A stretch of 62,683 bases of DNA, filler included, from Moniliella sp. 'wahieum' (taxonomy: Eukaryota): the NCBI GenBank assembly GCA_003971905.1. It is 3 parts of 3 records of this genome, joined end to end, with 100 filler letters (N's around TTAATTAATTAA, not from the genome) between each part and the next. Parts side by side here need not be neighbours in the genome. Positions count along the whole stretch, not along the records: positions 52,023 to 62,683 come from RSEE01000218.1; 2 more parts are not named here. One strand, written 5' to 3'. This document shows positions 60,379 through 62,683 of the stretch, in pieces; the stretch's first letter is position 1; the number at the start of each line of letters is the position of its first letter. The notes under the pieces were generated by a model. That model searched no databases. It saw nothing but the letters and a program-made list of their open reading frames with translations, and had not been told where the DNA came from. The translations under genes were made by a program, and so were the position numbers.

Positions 60379-62683
60379 ATGGCCAAGCCTCCCGCCAGCA
60401 CTTCCACTTCCACTTCCACCACGGACGACGACGACTACCTCAGAGGGAGGTTCGACCCGTCCAGCGCGACCGCCGCGCGTCTACGTGCCATTCTGCGGCA
60501 CCATGGCGTGCGCGTCCCAGCCACTGCGCGCAAGGCTCACCTCCTCGCCCTGTTCCACACTGTCATCATGCAGGAGCAAGAGCAGGGGCGGGAGCACGAG
60601 CACGAACACAGGCGGGAGCAGGTGCAAGGGCAAGAGCACGGACGGCAGCACGAGCGGGAGAAGGAGCAAGACGAAGAAGATACGACCCCCTCAGTACGAT
60701 CAGTAACTTTTCCTCTGACAATCCGTTCCAGCTTCGTCCGTCCGCACCTCCGGTCCCGCACACCACCGCGCCCGACGCACTTACCGCCCCTACCGCCCGT
60801 ACCGCCCGTAAGGCCAGTGAAGCCAGTGATGTCAGTGAAGCCAGTGAAGCCAGTGAGGGAAGTGAGGCGGGTGACGCGGAGCGGGACGAACGAGGCCATG
60901 GCCTCCTTTGGAAGGTACGTTGTTCCGGTGGGTGGGGTAAGGGGTCCACCTCCCTCCAGTCCCCGGGTTGAGGGGGGTAGGTGTCCACCCTTCCCCCCCT
61001 CCCTTCCCCCCACATACACTCCCGCGGGCCCTTGCCCCTACTCAGGGCTAGTTGCTAGATGGAGGCTAAGTAACCCGTACCCCCGTACTGACCCTTGTGC
61101 GGTGTGCTGGCGTGCGGGACCGGGTGCAGACGTCCACGCCGCGACCTAGTTGGGCAACAAGTACCCTACCCACCGGGCCTGCTGTGCCGTCTGGGTTTAC
61201 GTCTACGTCTGGGTTTACGTCTGGGTTTACGTCTGGGGTTGGAGTTGGGGTTGGAACTGGGTCTGGTACGAAGGTGAAGGTGAAGGCGAGGGTCGCAAGA
61301 TGCGCCTGGGCTGGCCGCGGCGTACGGGAGAACGGCAAGGACAGGGAGAACGTCAGGGACATGAAGAGGGAGGTGCGGTCCCGCAGTTAGGTATGCGTCT
61401 CCGCCGTCTTCCCCCCCGCGTGGACGAGGTAAGCGGGGTTGCAGCGAGCAGTTCGCGGCCGAGAGGATGACGAGGAGGATGACGATGAGGACGGTGACGG
61501 CGATGAGGACGACGACGCTGGGCTGGAGACGATGACGAGGAGAGGACGGGTACGTGTACGACTACGGAGAGGGGTACGGAAAGTTGTGCGAAGCGGAAGG
61601 GCAGGCGGGTGCTCTGGCGGGCGCCCAGGCCCAAGCCCAGGCCGGGAAACGGTCCTGCTGTGGTCGGTGGCGACTGCTGCTGTGGGGCACGAGTTTGGTC
61701 GTGGGACTGGTGCTGTATGCGCGGGCACAGCAGTCCCGCGCACTGGGGTTTTGTGATTCCAGGTCCAGCTCTCACCCTGCGCTGCTGCAACCCTCGCGCC
61801 CACACACAACCACACCCACACCCCTGACCACGACTACGACCACGAGGGGGAGACGACGGGTCCTCTCCCCGCTCGAGGTGGTACCTATCTCGTGGCTACC
61901 TTCAGAGTGCACGCCCTGTCCCGAGAAGAGCGTGTGCCGCGACGGGGTGTGGGACGGGTGCGAGTCGGTACGTTTGCGCGCCTCAGCGTCGCGCTGACAA
62001 GTTTGCCCAGTGCAGTACAGGCTTTAGTCCCACTGGGAGCACTGGCACCCCCTGTTCTTCTCTCCGACACGAACGCTCAGCTCCGCGCTACGCAAGTCGG
62101 TCAAATCCTCCTCCACATCTTAGCTACGTGGCATGGACAAGTCCGTGTCACCGCGTGCCCCCCGTGTCCCACCGCCGCTAGCTTCCACACCACGACCTCG
62201 ACCTCGACCTCGACCTCGACCTCGGCTTCGGAGTGGGCCTCGGAGTGGGCCTCGGACCGCGCCGCGCCGCCGCGCTGTCCGTGCCCGAGGCGCAGGAACA
62301 AGTGTGGGCGCAACTGCGCCGCGCAGGCACAGCAGTGGACGCAGACGAGTTTGCGCAGGTGGCAGTTGGCTCTGACGGACCTCGAGGCCCAAGGTACACT
62401 TACTGTTCTGCGCTTTGGGGGCCGGGGCCGGTCCGGGTCCGGGGCGGAAGCAGGCCTGGGGGACGGGGAAACGCAAACGCTCCTATTTACTGCGCGTGCG
62501 ATTCGACCTATGGGATGTCGTGTGCGTGGGGCGGTGCGCGCGTTCGTACGCGCCACTTTGTGTTGGGCACTAGTGTGATCCTGCTCCTCCTGGGTGTGGC
62601 GTGGGTGCGCGCGCGGGTACGCTCCACGGCACAGACGAAGCGCCAGTACGTGATTTGGTCCAGATCGCCTTGGCTCGCTTGCA
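60379..62683 (+). CDS. SRC1: Inner nuclear membrane HeH/LEM + Man1-Src1 C-terminal domain protein, truncated at the window end
   Basis: HeH 'DYLRGRFDPSSATAARLRAILRHHGVRVPATARKAHLLALF'; TM followed by 'ALGFCD..LPSECTPCPEKSVCRDG'; second TM near 62560. Confidence 0.8.

Noticed and set aside
60820..62230. Numerous 6-12-bp microsatellites in and around genes (CCAGTGAAG, GTCTGGGTTTAC, GACCTC; also GCAGTC at ~4403 and TCGCCC at ~24048)
   Set aside because: Ordinary slippage repeats encoding low-complexity linkers or lying in introns, common throughout this genome.

Overview
Eukaryotic, GC-rich fungal DNA, most likely a basidiomycete (GTACGT/GTGCGT..CTRAC..YAG introns, TTAGGG telomere motif). The window is three contigs joined by artificial N-TTAATTAATTAA-N linkers (28573-28672 and 51923-52022). 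Almost every host gene is split by single-base indels typical of an unpolished long-read assembly, so I rebuilt genes across reading frames and their ends are approximate. Contig 1: RFT1, ALKBH6-like, MIA40, an unlisted spliced single-C2H2-finger micro-gene, HMG-CoA synthase (ERG13), an intron-containing tRNA-Leu(AAG), a membrane/coiled-coil protein, BDF1, an FtsH/AFG3-like AAA protein lacking HEXXH, and RRM proteins. Contig 2: a non-coding island rich in short palindromes, divergent ESF1/LCP5, a secreted serine-less alpha/beta-hydrolase-fold protein, SQS1, a protein with only a TFIIS central domain, and ~142-bp telomere-associated repeats ending in TAGGGTTAGG. Contig 3: a complete, very recent Ty1/copia element (identical 160-bp LTRs, TGCGC target-site duplication), then NDUFAF7 and a truncated SRC1/HEH1-like gene. 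The most striking item is the copia element: gag and pol are in one frame separated by a single UAG, its primer-binding site is non-canonical, and an extra overlapping ORF lies upstream of gag.
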